A program made the translations under genes and the position numbers. A stretch of 64,000 nt of DNA from Lentisphaeria bacterium (GTDB lineage Bacteria > Verrucomicrobiota > Lentisphaeria > JABSQK01 > JAWLHB01): NCBI GenBank assembly GCA_041690595.1, contig JAWLHB010000036.1:1-64000 (forward strand), in the 5' to 3' direction. The notes below the pieces were generated by a model that saw nothing but the letters and a program-made list of their open reading frames with translations, was not told where the DNA came from and ran no database searches. Positions 32,560 through 42,053 of the stretch are shown here, one piece after another (the stretch's first letter is position 1; every line of letters begins with the position of its first letter).

Positions 32560-32646
32560 GCTCGGGTGGCGGAATTGGCAGACGCGTTAGGTTGAGGGCC
32601 TAATGGGGTAAAACCCGTGGGGGTTCGAGTCCCCCCTCGAGCACCA
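32560..32646 (+). tRNA. tRNA-Leu(GAG)
   Basis: GCTCGGG..CTCGAGC ACCA, anticodon arm TTAGG-TTGAGGG-CCTAA, long variable arm. Confidence 0.95.
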
Positions 32647-32649
32647 TAT

Positions 32650-33123
32650 TCACCTCGGATCAGATGCACCGGCACTTGATCCGAGGTTTTCTGTGTCGGC
32701 TTGGTCAACCTGGGGTAGCTCCAGGCTTTCGAGGACCTCGGTATAGCTTTGTTCGCCGTAGACGCCGACGAGACGCTTGATGAGCTGGCCCTTCTGGAAG
32801 ATGATGACGGTGGGTATCGCCTGGATGCCGTACGTGTTGATGAGATCTCCATGAGCATCGTGATCGACACTGACGACGTGAACCCGCTTCTCGTAGTCGC
32901 GGGCAATCTTTTCGATGGTCGGCCGGAGCTGGTGACAGGGTGCGCACCAGTCGGCATAGAAGTCGACGAGAACGACATCATGGGTGGCGAGAGCACTCTG
33001 GAAGTGCTTTGCTGAGGTAATCGGGACGATGCTGCTTGGTCCTTCCGGCACCATGGGCTGTGGGCGGCATCCATGCAGCATGGCGAGAAGAAGAAGCATG
33101 GAGGCAAGACGAATCGTTCTCAT
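32650..33123 (-). CDS. Thioredoxin, probable lipoprotein
   Basis: VDFYADWCAPC, IPT cis-Pro motif and signal ending LHGC. Confidence 0.88.
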   Translation of the reverse strand: MRTIRLASMLLLLAMLHGCRPQPMVPEGPSSIVPITSAKHFQSALATHDVVLVDFYADWCAPCHQLRPTIEKIARDYEKRVHVVSVDHDAHGDLINTYGIQAIPTVIIFQKGQLIKRLVGVYGEQSYTEVLESLELPQVDQADTENLGSSAGASDPR

Positions 33124-33453
33124 GGAAATGGCTCCGCGGATGATGAGAGAGAGGGGTTCTGAACGGGATACTATAGATTCATTCCAGAATATTCATCGAT
33201 ACCCGACTCTAATTTCAGGCACAAAACCAGGCTGACTTCCGGCGAACAGGCAAGGAACCGGGAGGTGGAAGTTGATATTGCAGTTGTACTTTGTCTGTAG
33301 CCCGGCATATTAAGGGAGTCCAGAAAATTGTGGGGGTAGACTGCCTGTGACGGGTTGACGGATCGTGTGTCACCACACCAAGCGTAGTCGCATTGACGTC
33401 TGGAGCGACCGGCATGACGCCCCTGCTGCATCAGGAACTGCTGGATTGAAGCG

Positions 33454-35229
33454 ATGAGCGACCAACAGGCACAGCAACCGACGATCCTCTTCATGGCCAG
33501 GGATCCCGACGACAGGTATTCACTGAAGTACCTGCTCGAAAAGGAAGGCTATCAGGTATTCGGCCGGCAGACGCGCGAGCGTGCCGCGCAGTTGATGAGC
33601 GTCTATTCGCTGGATCTGATCCTGATCGATCTGGATCTGCACGAATCGACGGGGATCGAGTACTGCCATTATCTTCGCAAGACGAATTATGCGCGGGTGG
33701 TGCCCATCATGCTGATCGGCGATGATGACGAGCATGGGACGAACTGCGTGGCGGCTTACGAAGCAGGGGCGGACGATTTTGTGCCGACGCCCTTTGTTTT
33801 CGGGGTCTGCCTGGCAAAGATCCGTTACCACCTGAAGGGACGATTCCGCAGCCAGGTAGTTGCCAGTTCCATGTCGGTGGTGGTATCCGCGGGAGAGCTT
33901 CCAGGCGTACTGCAGTTTCTGGAGGTGGAGCAGAAGACGGGTCAGCTGACCATCAAGAGCACGCCCGGTACGGCAGTGCTGACCATCAAGGAAGGAAAGC
34001 TCATCAACGCGCATGCGCCGAACGTGGAAGGCCGGGAGACGGTGACGGAGGTCTTGTGCTGGGATTCCTCATCGGTGGTCTTCACCGATGTCGAGCCATC
34101 TGAGGAAGACCACCAGTTCGACGACAGCCTGACGCGGGTGATCATGAATTCGGCGGTGCAGGTGGATGAGTACCGGGCGCTGCAGAAGAAGCTGCCGCCT
34201 CAGTCCGCCGTTTTCCTGCAGGGTGACAAACGGTTACCAGACGATGCCGCGTCGGTTCAGCGCGATCTGCACCACAAGGCCGTGCTTGGACATGGCCGCG
34301 ATGAGCTGCTGCAGGATCACAATTATACGGAGCGGCAGGCGACAGTGGCGCTGCTGGAGTTGATCGACGACGGCTACCTGAAGGTGGGCGAAGCCCCTTA
34401 TCATGATTATGCCGCCAGGAGTTTCAGTTCCTACGTTGGCAAGGACGGGAGCAATCTGCGGCTCCTCCTGAAATCCCTCCGCGCTCTGCAGTTCCCACTC
34501 AAGCAGCTTTCGAATGAAACGGCGCCCATCAGCATTGACTGGACGACACCGGTGCCGGTCATCATTGTAACGGGGAACAAGCCGGAACACGGTCACTTGC
34601 TGATCAACTCCATCCTGCAGATTCATCGGAGCATGACCGGCCGGAATCCCGCCATCCGTAAGCATCTTGGTGGCACCACGACCTACCGCCTGTCGCCTGA
34701 CGAGCATCATTGCGTGGACATCATCCATCTACCGGCGGAGCTGAATCCGGCAATACTCCGCTGGCTCGATCCGCAGGTGCCTTATATGGCTGGGATCCTG
34801 CTGATCGTCTCAGACCAGGACCGCTACAACATCCACATCAACCTGCGCCTCATGCGCCTCCTCAGGCAGCGTTTCCAGGGAGTGGCCTATCATCTGGTGC
34901 CTCGCGTCATGGACGGAGATGTGGCCATCTTCAAGATGGATTGCGAGAAATGCGGGTACAAACTCGCTGTCGACATCGACGGGGTCGGGGATACGGGTAT
35001 CTGCCCCATCTGCAATGCGGAGATTATCATGCCCGATTGCCTGGACAACCTGGCGCGGGTCATGCGGCTGCCGCGTGAAGTGCCTATAGTACAGGCACAG
35101 CCCGACGATGTGCGCCACGCGCACGACCTCCTCTGCCTGCTGCTCGATACGATCATCTACTCGATGGATCATCCCGAGAAGGCCGAGCAGGATGAGGCCA
35201 AGGCATCGTCCACCGTCGCCAAGGCCTGA
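33454..35229 (+). CDS. Receiver + DUF4388 domain protein with C-terminal Zn-ribbon-containing domain
   Basis: Atypical REC (GADDF), LPGVLQFL..KTGQL..EGKLINA, and CEKCG..CPICN. Confidence 0.7.
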   Translation: MSDQQAQQPTILFMARDPDDRYSLKYLLEKEGYQVFGRQTRERAAQLMSVYSLDLILIDLDLHESTGIEYCHYLRKTNYARVVPIMLIGDDDEHGTNCVAAYEAGADDFVPTPFVFGVCLAKIRYHLKGRFRSQVVASSMSVVVSAGELPGVLQFLEVEQKTGQLTIKSTPGTAVLTIKEGKLINAHAPNVEGRETVTEVLCWDSSSVVFTDVEPSEEDHQFDDSLTRVIMNSAVQVDEYRALQKKLPPQSAVFLQGDKRLPDDAASVQRDLHHKAVLGHGRDELLQDHNYTERQATVALLELIDDGYLKVGEAPYHDYAARSFSSYVGKDGSNLRLLLKSLRALQFPLKQLSNETAPISIDWTTPVPVIIVTGNKPEHGHLLINSILQIHRSMTGRNPAIRKHLGGTTTYRLSPDEHHCVDIIHLPAELNPAILRWLDPQVPYMAGILLIVSDQDRYNIHINLRLMRLLRQRFQGVAYHLVPRVMDGDVAIFKMDCEKCGYKLAVDIDGVGDTGICPICNAEIIMPDCLDNLARVMRLPREVPIVQAQPDDVRHAHDLLCLLLDTIIYSMDHPEKAEQDEAKASSTVAKA

Positions 35230-35311
35230 GTTGGCGGCCGGATGGCGGCTGGAACAGAGGTTGCGGGTCGGACGGGGATGACGCCGTGGACGCAACCCCG
35301 AACGGGTGGAC

Positions 35312-35373
35312 GGCAGTTTACCCAGGGTAGCCGGGAGGGCAACCCTGGGCTGGAGGACGTAGCCCCGTTGGGC
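35312..35373. repeat. REP-like palindromic element, copy 2
   Basis: GGCAGTTTACCCAGGGTAG..CAACCCTGGGCT..GGACG..GCCCCGT, matching 106-170. Confidence 0.75.
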
Positions 35374-35388
35374 CAAGGGGCGAAAAGA

Positions 35389-35577
35389 GACGCAGTGGAC
35401 GCAGTGGACGCAGTGGACGCAGTGGACGCAGTGGACGCAGTGGACGAAATGGACGCAGTGGACGCAGTGGACGCAGTGGACGCAGTGGACGCAGTGGACG
35501 AAATGGACGCAGTGGACGAAATGGACGCAGTGGACGAAATGGACGCAGTGGACGCAGTGGACGCAGTGGACGAAGTG
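35389..35577. repeat. 9-bp VNTR, 21 units
   Basis: 16x GACGCAGTG, 4x GACGAAATG and 1x GACGAAGTG, between convergent genes. Confidence 0.95.
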
Positions 35578-35590
35578 GGACGAAGGGGGG

Positions 35591-38131
35591 TTAGCCGGCT
35601 TCTTGTTCACGTAGAAGTTGCAGGGGGGGATGCCGGAGGGTCTGGCGGGTGTTGAGGAGGCCGACGATGATGGTGAGAGCGCTGACGGCGAACCAGAGAC
35701 CGGCCAGGGGCCAGGCGGCGATGAGCCAGGTGGCCTCGAACCAGAAGCGGGCGAGGATCCAACTGGCGAAGAGGGCGAGGATGGTGCCGCTTAGTGCCGC
35801 AAAGGCGCCAAGCATGGCAAACTCGCTGACGGCGATGAGCTTGATCTGGCGGCGGGAGGCGCCGATGGTCCGCAGGAGGACGCTCTCGCGGAGGCGTTGA
35901 TAACGACTGGTGGCGACGGCGCCGATGAGGACAACCACGCCGGCACCAACGCTGAACATGGACATGAAGCGGATCGCGAAGCTGAGCTTGCCGAAGATGC
36001 CGTCGAGGGTGCTGATGAGCGAGGCGGCATCGATGAAGGAGACGGTCGGGAAGGCATCGAGGAGTTGGCGCTGCAGGTTGGCCTTGGCCTCGGGAGAGGC
36101 GATGCGGGTGGCCAGCAGGTGAATGTGTGGGGCCTCTTCCAGGATGCCGGTGGGGAAGATGACGAAGAAGTTGGGGCGCATCTGGTACCAGTCGACCCGG
36201 CGGATGCTGGCGACGTAGGTGGTGATGGGGAGGCCCTGCACGTCCCAGACGATTTCGTCGCCCATGGCAAGCTGGAGATCCTTGGCGATGCCTTCCTCGA
36301 CGGAGATGGGCACGGGCTCTTCGAAGAGATCCATGCTTGGGACGAATTCGCCCTGAAGGATGTCTTCGCCGGGGGAGAGGTGGTCGCGATAGGAGGAGCG
36401 GTACTCGCGGTTGAGCGCCCAGCTTTCGATGAGGGGATTCTCTTCTTCACGGATCTCGCGCAGGGTGCGGCCGGCAATGGAGCTGAGCCGCATGGTGACA
36501 ATGGGGGAGGACTGGATAACGGGGAGGTCGTGTGTGGCGAGGAGATCCTGTACGCCGGGGAGTTCGTCGGGCTGAATGTCGAAGAGGAGGGTATTGGGTG
36601 CGTGGGCGTCGTGGGACCAGGCGAGTTGGGCGAGCAACAGGTGCTGCACGGCAAAGAGGAGGGCGAAGAGGAAGGCGCCGAGCCCCAGGCACATCATGAG
36701 GACGGGGGTTTGGTTGTTGGGGCGATAGAGGTTGTTGAGCCCCTGGCGAAGGACGAAAGGGAGCCGCGGGGAGATGAAGTGGCGCACCAGCCAGATCAGG
36801 AGGGCGGCGAAGGCAGCCAGAGCGGCGAGGAGAAGGAGGATGGCGCCGGCAAAGATGGCGCCGTCCCGCCAACTGCTCATGGTCAAGGCGATGAGCAGGT
36901 AGAGGCCGAGGGCGGTGGCGCCCCAGACGGCGAGCCGCAGGGGATCGCGCCAGACGGCCGGCAGGGGTTCGATGGTAGCCCGCAGGGCGGTCAGGGGTGA
37001 AATGCGGCGTATGCTCAGGAGTGGAAGGAGGGCAAGGAGGAGGGTGATGCCCAGGCCGACGGTGAGCCCCATGGCAATGGCAGGCCAAGACCAGCTCACC
37101 ACGAGATCATGGGGTATCAGGTCGGTGAGCATGGTGGGTAACCCGTGCTGCACGAGGATGCCGCCGGCGGTGCCGATGAGTGAGCCGAGGAGGCCGATGG
37201 CCAGCATCTGCAGCAGGTAGATGCCCATGGTCTGGCCGCGCGAAGCGCCCAGACAACGCAGGATGGCCACGGTGCCGAGCTTCTGCCGCATGTAGACGTG
37301 CACCGCACTGCCGACGCCAATACCGCCGAGAAGGACGGCCGCGATGGCGAAGATGTCGAGGAAGCGGTAGACGTTGCTGAGGGTGCGTCCGAGGCGTTCC
37401 TGTCGCGAGGCAATGGTTTCAACGCGCAGTCCATGGCGGGCGGCCATTTCCTCGAGGGAGGCGGCTATGGGTGCGATCTGCTCGGGATCGTGTACGCGGA
37501 GGAGGGCGCGATAGAAGAGCCGGCTTCCCGGCTGGATGAGGCCGGTGGCGTCGAGGCGGTCGTTGGGGATGAAGACTCTGGGGGAGAGCTGCGTCCAGAG
37601 GGAGACTTCGCCGGGGATCTTCACCAGTCTGCCGGCGATGGTGAAGGTGGAATGGCCGATGGTGATGGTATCGCCGGGGGCAGCGCCGGCCTGAATCATG
37701 AGGGCTTCGTCGACGAGGGCAGAGTTGCCGGAATGGAAGGTGGTGGCGGCTTCGGGAGGATCGGTGACGATCTGGCCGTAGAAGGGGAATTCGGGGCTGA
37801 TGGCGCGGAGTCGCACGAGATGGGCGCTGTCGCTGTTGGTGAAGCGGAGCATGGTGGAGAGGTTGCGCTGCCAGGCGATGTCGGCGGGGGCGGCGGCGAG
37901 AAAGTCGCGGACGGGCCTGGCGAGTGGGCGCCTGGAATTGAGGGCGAGATCGGCGCCGAGGACTTCGCCGGCCTGTTTGTCCAGAGCGGCCCGGATATTG
38001 TCCTGAAAGGAGCGTATGGCCACGAGTCCGGCGACGCCGATGCTCATGGCGGCGACGAAGAGGATAAGGCGTCGGCGACCGCGGCGGCTGTCGCGCCAGG
38101 CCATACTGAGCAACCATGCAAGATTCTTCAT
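35591..38131 (-). CDS. ABC transporter permease, YbbP/FtsX-like
   Basis: AWRDSR start, AILRCLGAS and LLRTIGAS FtsX motifs, and VDW..MRPNFFVIF. Confidence 0.9.
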   Translation of the reverse strand: MKNLAWLLSMAWRDSRRGRRRLILFVAAMSIGVAGLVAIRSFQDNIRAALDKQAGEVLGADLALNSRRPLARPVRDFLAAAPADIAWQRNLSTMLRFTNSDSAHLVRLRAISPEFPFYGQIVTDPPEAATTFHSGNSALVDEALMIQAGAAPGDTITIGHSTFTIAGRLVKIPGEVSLWTQLSPRVFIPNDRLDATGLIQPGSRLFYRALLRVHDPEQIAPIAASLEEMAARHGLRVETIASRQERLGRTLSNVYRFLDIFAIAAVLLGGIGVGSAVHVYMRQKLGTVAILRCLGASRGQTMGIYLLQMLAIGLLGSLIGTAGGILVQHGLPTMLTDLIPHDLVVSWSWPAIAMGLTVGLGITLLLALLPLLSIRRISPLTALRATIEPLPAVWRDPLRLAVWGATALGLYLLIALTMSSWRDGAIFAGAILLLLAALAAFAALLIWLVRHFISPRLPFVLRQGLNNLYRPNNQTPVLMMCLGLGAFLFALLFAVQHLLLAQLAWSHDAHAPNTLLFDIQPDELPGVQDLLATHDLPVIQSSPIVTMRLSSIAGRTLREIREEENPLIESWALNREYRSSYRDHLSPGEDILQGEFVPSMDLFEEPVPISVEEGIAKDLQLAMGDEIVWDVQGLPITTYVASIRRVDWYQMRPNFFVIFPTGILEEAPHIHLLATRIASPEAKANLQRQLLDAFPTVSFIDAASLISTLDGIFGKLSFAIRFMSMFSVGAGVVVLIGAVATSRYQRLRESVLLRTIGASRRQIKLIAVSEFAMLGAFAALSGTILALFASWILARFWFEATWLIAAWPLAGLWFAVSALTIIVGLLNTRQTLRHPPLQLLREQEAG

Positions 38132-38223
38132 CGGGCTCCCCGCAGGCTTGCGCCGAGGCGCGACCTGCTGTAAACTCTCATGTTGTCGTAATCAGGCTAT
38201 GCATTATATAAAAGGTGTTTGCG

Positions 38224-38544
38224 ATGGATTTCAATGAGCTGGCCGAACGAACTCGGCAGGGCCTCGGACGTAACCAGGTGGTGATCGGCAAGGACCTGTT
38301 CACGCGCTACGCCCGAAGCAACCGCCTGGGTATGGTCTGGGTGACGGAAGATCTTGCGCCGCACGCGATAGCCAAGATGCGCGAAGCGTGCGCGAAGATG
38401 GATATACATCTGATCATCGGTGGGGACTCCGCGGAGATGGGCGCGATCACCGGCCGAGAGACGACGAAGGTATACTTGTTCAAGAAGTCGTTCTCGGGGC
38501 TGTCGCATATCTTGACGCAGTTCGAGGATCAGCGGCGGAAGTAG
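38224..38544 (+). CDS. L7Ae/L30e-like RNA-binding protein
   Basis: 106 aa with VVIG, VWVTEDL and SAEMGAITGR patterns. Confidence 0.6.
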   Translation: MDFNELAERTRQGLGRNQVVIGKDLFTRYARSNRLGMVWVTEDLAPHAIAKMREACAKMDIHLIIGGDSAEMGAITGRETTKVYLFKKSFSGLSHILTQFEDQRRK

Positions 38545-38576
38545 GCGGGGACGCGGCGAGGTATGCAGGAGGATTA

Positions 38577-38652
38577 ACCACAAAGAACACAAAGATCGCA
38601 AAGAACGAGCGGGGGAGAGGCGGAGACGCGACGGCCGTTGGGGCAACGGCCG
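38577..38652. repeat. 9-bp CAAAG repeat x3 plus hairpin
   Basis: ACCACAAAG AACACAAAG ATCGCAAAG, then CGGCCGTTG-GGG-CAACGGCCG (38632-38652). Confidence 0.7.
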
Positions 38653-38693
38653 GAACGAGACCGATGGGGGGAAAAGGTGGTGTGTGGTGGCGT

Positions 38694-38831
38694 GACGTTG
38701 GGAAGGGGCAATGCGGAACGCCGGTGCCACTCAGGCGAGTGGCGTGCCCAGGGGGCGCGGGAAGATAGACGGGACGTTGGGGAGGGGCAATGCGGAACGC
38801 CGGTGCCACTCAGGCGAGTGGCGTGCCCAGG
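38694..38831. repeat. 59-bp direct repeat x2 with internal hairpin
   Basis: Copies at 38694-38752 and 38773-38831 with one mismatch. Each has GCCACTC-AGGC-GAGTGGC. Confidence 0.9.
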
Positions 38832-38923
38832 ATCAGGTCGCCGGTGTGGGAAAAAAGAAGAGCGGCGAGGCATCTGGTGGGATACCTCGCCGCTGGAAGA
38901 ATCGCGAGTGACTACTGATAAGC

Positions 38924-39970
38924 CTACAGAGCTTCACCCTGATGTTGCTCGTCCTGGCGATTCTTCTCTTGATCTTTCTGTTGCGCTTCGGGCTTCATGT
39001 CGCGCTTGTGGGGGGCGTTGTTTTTCATTTCGCCTTCGCGCTTCTCACGGGCCTCTTTCTTGTCGACGGACTGCTGGCCATCCTCATCGACATAGCCATG
39101 CACACGCCGCTCGCTGCCGAAGCTCTCTTCGAGCCTGCGGGTATAGTTGTCGTCCTCCAGATTGGGAGGAGCACCGCGCTGGTAAGCGAACTGGCGGATG
39201 TTGTCGAGGGTGGCATCAATCCTGACGACCTTGGGGTCGCTGGTGACATCGAGCACGCCCCATGGGATGGTGACGAGGCGGTTGTCTTCGAGGGTGAGGA
39301 CGCCGTAGACGACATCACCGCGGTCGGTGTCGACGAGGATCTGATTGACTTCGCCGGCATCTTCACGGGCGGTCGTCTGGACCTCCAGGCCGACGAGTTC
39401 AGAGAGTCGCCGATTTGCCCTGCCCTGGCGGCGGGCTTCTGCCTGTATCTGCTCTTCTTCGCGGTCGGGTTCGATATTGAAGAACTCGAGCGTTTTCTGC
39501 CACCAGCTTTCGTCCTTCATTTCCGGCCACTTCTCATTGTCGAAGCGGGGCGCCTGGGCCATGTGTTCACCGGAAGCATCAAGGACGAGGACGTTGTTGG
39601 GTCGATCCTGGAACTTCATCTTCATGGCTTGCCATGGCACGGCGGCGAGGTCGCCTGCGTCCGTCGGGTCAGCCAATTCGATGACGCCGTACTCGACCTT
39701 GTCCTGAGTGGCGTTCAAGACGATTTCCTTCAGCTTGCCAAGCTCCTTGCCTGCGTTGTCGCGGACTTCCATTCCTGTCAGCTCGCTGGCGGGATGAAGC
39801 TTGGGGGCTTTGCGTTGCTGAACCTGCTGTTGTCCGGGCTTCTGCTGTTCGGCCTTCTGCTGAGCTTGAGGTTTTTGGGGCTCGGCTTCCTGGGCGGTGG
39901 AGATGGAGGTGGCGCCGAAGGTCAGGGCCACCGCGACCGTTGCCGTTCTGGTGAGTTCTGCTAAAGTCAT
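38924..39970 (-). CDS. Secreted tandem PRC-barrel protein
   Basis: Signal peptide, ASELTGMEVRDNAGKELGKL..VPW and a second LSELVGLEV..IPW. Confidence 0.88.
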   Translation of the reverse strand: MTLAELTRTATVAVALTFGATSISTAQEAEPQKPQAQQKAEQQKPGQQQVQQRKAPKLHPASELTGMEVRDNAGKELGKLKEIVLNATQDKVEYGVIELADPTDAGDLAAVPWQAMKMKFQDRPNNVLVLDASGEHMAQAPRFDNEKWPEMKDESWWQKTLEFFNIEPDREEEQIQAEARRQGRANRRLSELVGLEVQTTAREDAGEVNQILVDTDRGDVVYGVLTLEDNRLVTIPWGVLDVTSDPKVVRIDATLDNIRQFAYQRGAPPNLEDDNYTRRLEESFGSERRVHGYVDEDGQQSVDKKEAREKREGEMKNNAPHKRDMKPEAQQKDQEKNRQDEQHQGEAL

Positions 39971-40074
39971 AATTGACTCCTGTTGTTGTTGGTAGGGTAC
40001 GGGTTACCGATGCATTGGGGGCCCGGTCGGCGATGCGGGAGACGCATCGGGGGCGTTGGTTATGGTTGGGGTGA

Positions 40075-40091
40075 AGCATACCGAATGCCAA
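40075..40091 (-). promoter_or_regulatory. Candidate sigma54 -24/-12 promoter
   Basis: Minus strand TTGGCATTCGGTATGCT (GG-N10-GC), ~105 bp upstream of the PRC-barrel gene. Confidence 0.5.
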
Positions 40092-40349
40092 TGCGGTACT
40101 TCATGCCTGGCGATGGGGTTCCACCCTCGCGACCGGGCAAAGGGATCGTGCAAGGCATGAGACAGTGCCGCTTTTCTTTACATACCCGGGGAAATTCACA
40201 ATTCCTTTGCGCAGCTGCTATTTGCGCGCCTCGAACAGCTGCTACATTAGGCAGAACTCGAATCCTTGGAACCAGCGATTGTCCCGCGTTGTCCTATTTC
40301 CGCACGTCGATAAACCCACTTGTTCTAACAGCTGGAGCTTCAGATAAGT

Positions 40350-41039
40350 ATGGCACTCTTCGATCCGATCTATTGGCTGATCCTGTCGCCGGGCATTCTG
40401 CTGGCGCTCTTTGCTTCAATCAAGGTGAAGTCGACGTTCGCGAAGTATTCGCGCATCGGCTCCAAGCACGGCTATACGGGGGCTGAGGCGGCGCGCGACA
40501 TGCTGCGGCGGGAAGGCATCACGAACGTGACTATTGAACCGGTGGCGGGAATGCTGAGCGATCATTACGATCCCCGCACGCGGACGCTGCGCCTGTCGGA
40601 ACAGGTGTACGGGAGCCGCTCGCTGTCGGCGATCGGGGTAGCATGCCACGAGGCGGGCCACGCCATTCAGCATGCGCAATCGTACAGCATGCTGATGTTG
40701 CGGAGCACGCTGGTACCGGTCACGAGCCTGTGCAGTTCGTTGTGGATCTGGGTGCTGCTCATCGGCTCCTTCATCGGCCCGCAGTTTGCGATGATCGGCA
40801 TCCTGATGCTGGGCGTGGCGGTGCTCTTTTCGATCGTCACGCTGCCGGTGGAGTGGGATGCGAGCCAGCGGGCGAAGACGGCGATGGTCCGCAACGGGAT
40901 TGTGACGCAGCAGGAAGCGTCGCACGCGGCGAGCGTGCTGAATGCGGCTTTCCTGACGTATCTGGCGTCGGCGATCACGGCGATCCTGACGTTGCTCTAC
41001 TGGCTGATCCGGCTTGGCCTGATCGGCGGGCGCGACTGA
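40350..41039 (+). CDS. Neutral zinc metallopeptidase (YugP-like)
   Basis: LSDHYDP, HEAGHAIQ and TLPVEWDAS motifs. Confidence 0.92.
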   Translation: MALFDPIYWLILSPGILLALFASIKVKSTFAKYSRIGSKHGYTGAEAARDMLRREGITNVTIEPVAGMLSDHYDPRTRTLRLSEQVYGSRSLSAIGVACHEAGHAIQHAQSYSMLMLRSTLVPVTSLCSSLWIWVLLIGSFIGPQFAMIGILMLGVAVLFSIVTLPVEWDASQRAKTAMVRNGIVTQQEASHAASVLNAAFLTYLASAITAILTLLYWLIRLGLIGGRD

Positions 41040-41767
41040 TGCGCGATCCGCAACCGCCGGCCGCGGCCAAGACCGATGGTGAAGCGTCCAGGCCGCACTA
41101 CGCGGATCATCGTCAGCGCCTGCGGCAGCGGTTCGTGAAGAGCGGCGCGGAGGGTCTGCACGACTATGAGCTTCTGGAGTTGCTGGTGGCGTATGCGATT
41201 CCGCGGCGGGATGTGAAGCCGCTGGCGAAGTCGCTGCTGGAGCGCTTCGGCACGGTGGCGGGCGTTCTGGATGCGTCGCCCCGGGAGTTGGCTGGGGTGA
41301 ACGGCATGGGCGAGTATTCGGCCACGCTGATGCAGCTGACGAAGGCGCTTTGCGCCGCCTATCTGGGGGATTCGCTTCGCGCCCGTCAGGCGCTTTCATC
41401 GGCGACGGAGGCGGTGGACTTCGCGCGCATCCACTTGGCGGGGCGGCCGCATGAGGCGGTGATGGCGCTGCATCTCGATGCGATGAACCGGCTGATCGAT
41501 CACCGGATCGTGACGGAGGGTACCATCGACAGCGTGGTCGCCTATCCGCGCCGCATTCTGGAACAGGCGATGGCGGCGAACGCGGCGGGGCTCATCCTGG
41601 TGCACAACCACCCCAGTGGCAACTGCAATCCCTCGCCGGATGACGACCGTCTGACCAAGAGCCTTTTCGAAGCGGCGAAGGCGCTGGACATTATCCTCCT
41701 CGACCACCTGATCGTGGGTCGCGACGGCTACTACAGCTTCGCGGAACACCGGCGGCTGCCGGAGTAG
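41039..41767 (+). CDS. radC: RadC family JAB-domain protein
   Basis: HRQRLR, ELLELL, HNHPSG..PSPDD and LLDHLIV motifs. TGATG coupling to the peptidase gene. Confidence 0.95.
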   Translation: MRDPQPPAAAKTDGEASRPHYADHRQRLRQRFVKSGAEGLHDYELLELLVAYAIPRRDVKPLAKSLLERFGTVAGVLDASPRELAGVNGMGEYSATLMQLTKALCAAYLGDSLRARQALSSATEAVDFARIHLAGRPHEAVMALHLDAMNRLIDHRIVTEGTIDSVVAYPRRILEQAMAANAAGLILVHNHPSGNCNPSPDDDRLTKSLFEAAKALDIILLDHLIVGRDGYYSFAEHRRLPE

Positions 41768-41794
41768 ACGCGGCCTGACATTGGGGGAAGGAAG

Positions 41795-41843
41795 CGGGGC
41801 GCTGCCCCGAACCCCGCTGGGGAGGCGCACCTCCCCAGACCCC
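41795..41843. repeat. Double-hairpin REP-like element
   Basis: CGGGGC-GCT-GCCCCG and CTGGGGAGG-CGCA-CCTCCCCAG. Confidence 0.6.
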
Positions 41844-41852
41844 TCATTGCTT

Positions 41853-41893
41853 CTTGCCGGAATCTGGAGATCGGATCTCCAGATTCCGGCAAG
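41853..41893. repeat. Perfect 20-bp inverted repeat with 1-nt centre
   Basis: CTTGCCGGAATCTGGAGATC-G-GATCTCCAGATTCCGGCAAG. Confidence 0.9.
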
Positions 41894-42053
41894 GTATGGG
41901 GCGGGAAGGGGACGCGGGTAGGACGGACGGGTATGGACGGTATGGCTCGGGGTAAGGTTTTTTTGTTGCTTGGACTTGACTTTGGAGTTATATGCAGTAT
42001 GTTTCCTGATCTTTTACATGGAGTTATTCAAGGCGTAAAGGGAGGGTTTGGAG

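Noticed and set aside
38694..38831. Mini-CRISPR
   Set aside because: Only two units of 59 bp with a 20-bp gap and no cas genes. It fits a REP-like duplication better.
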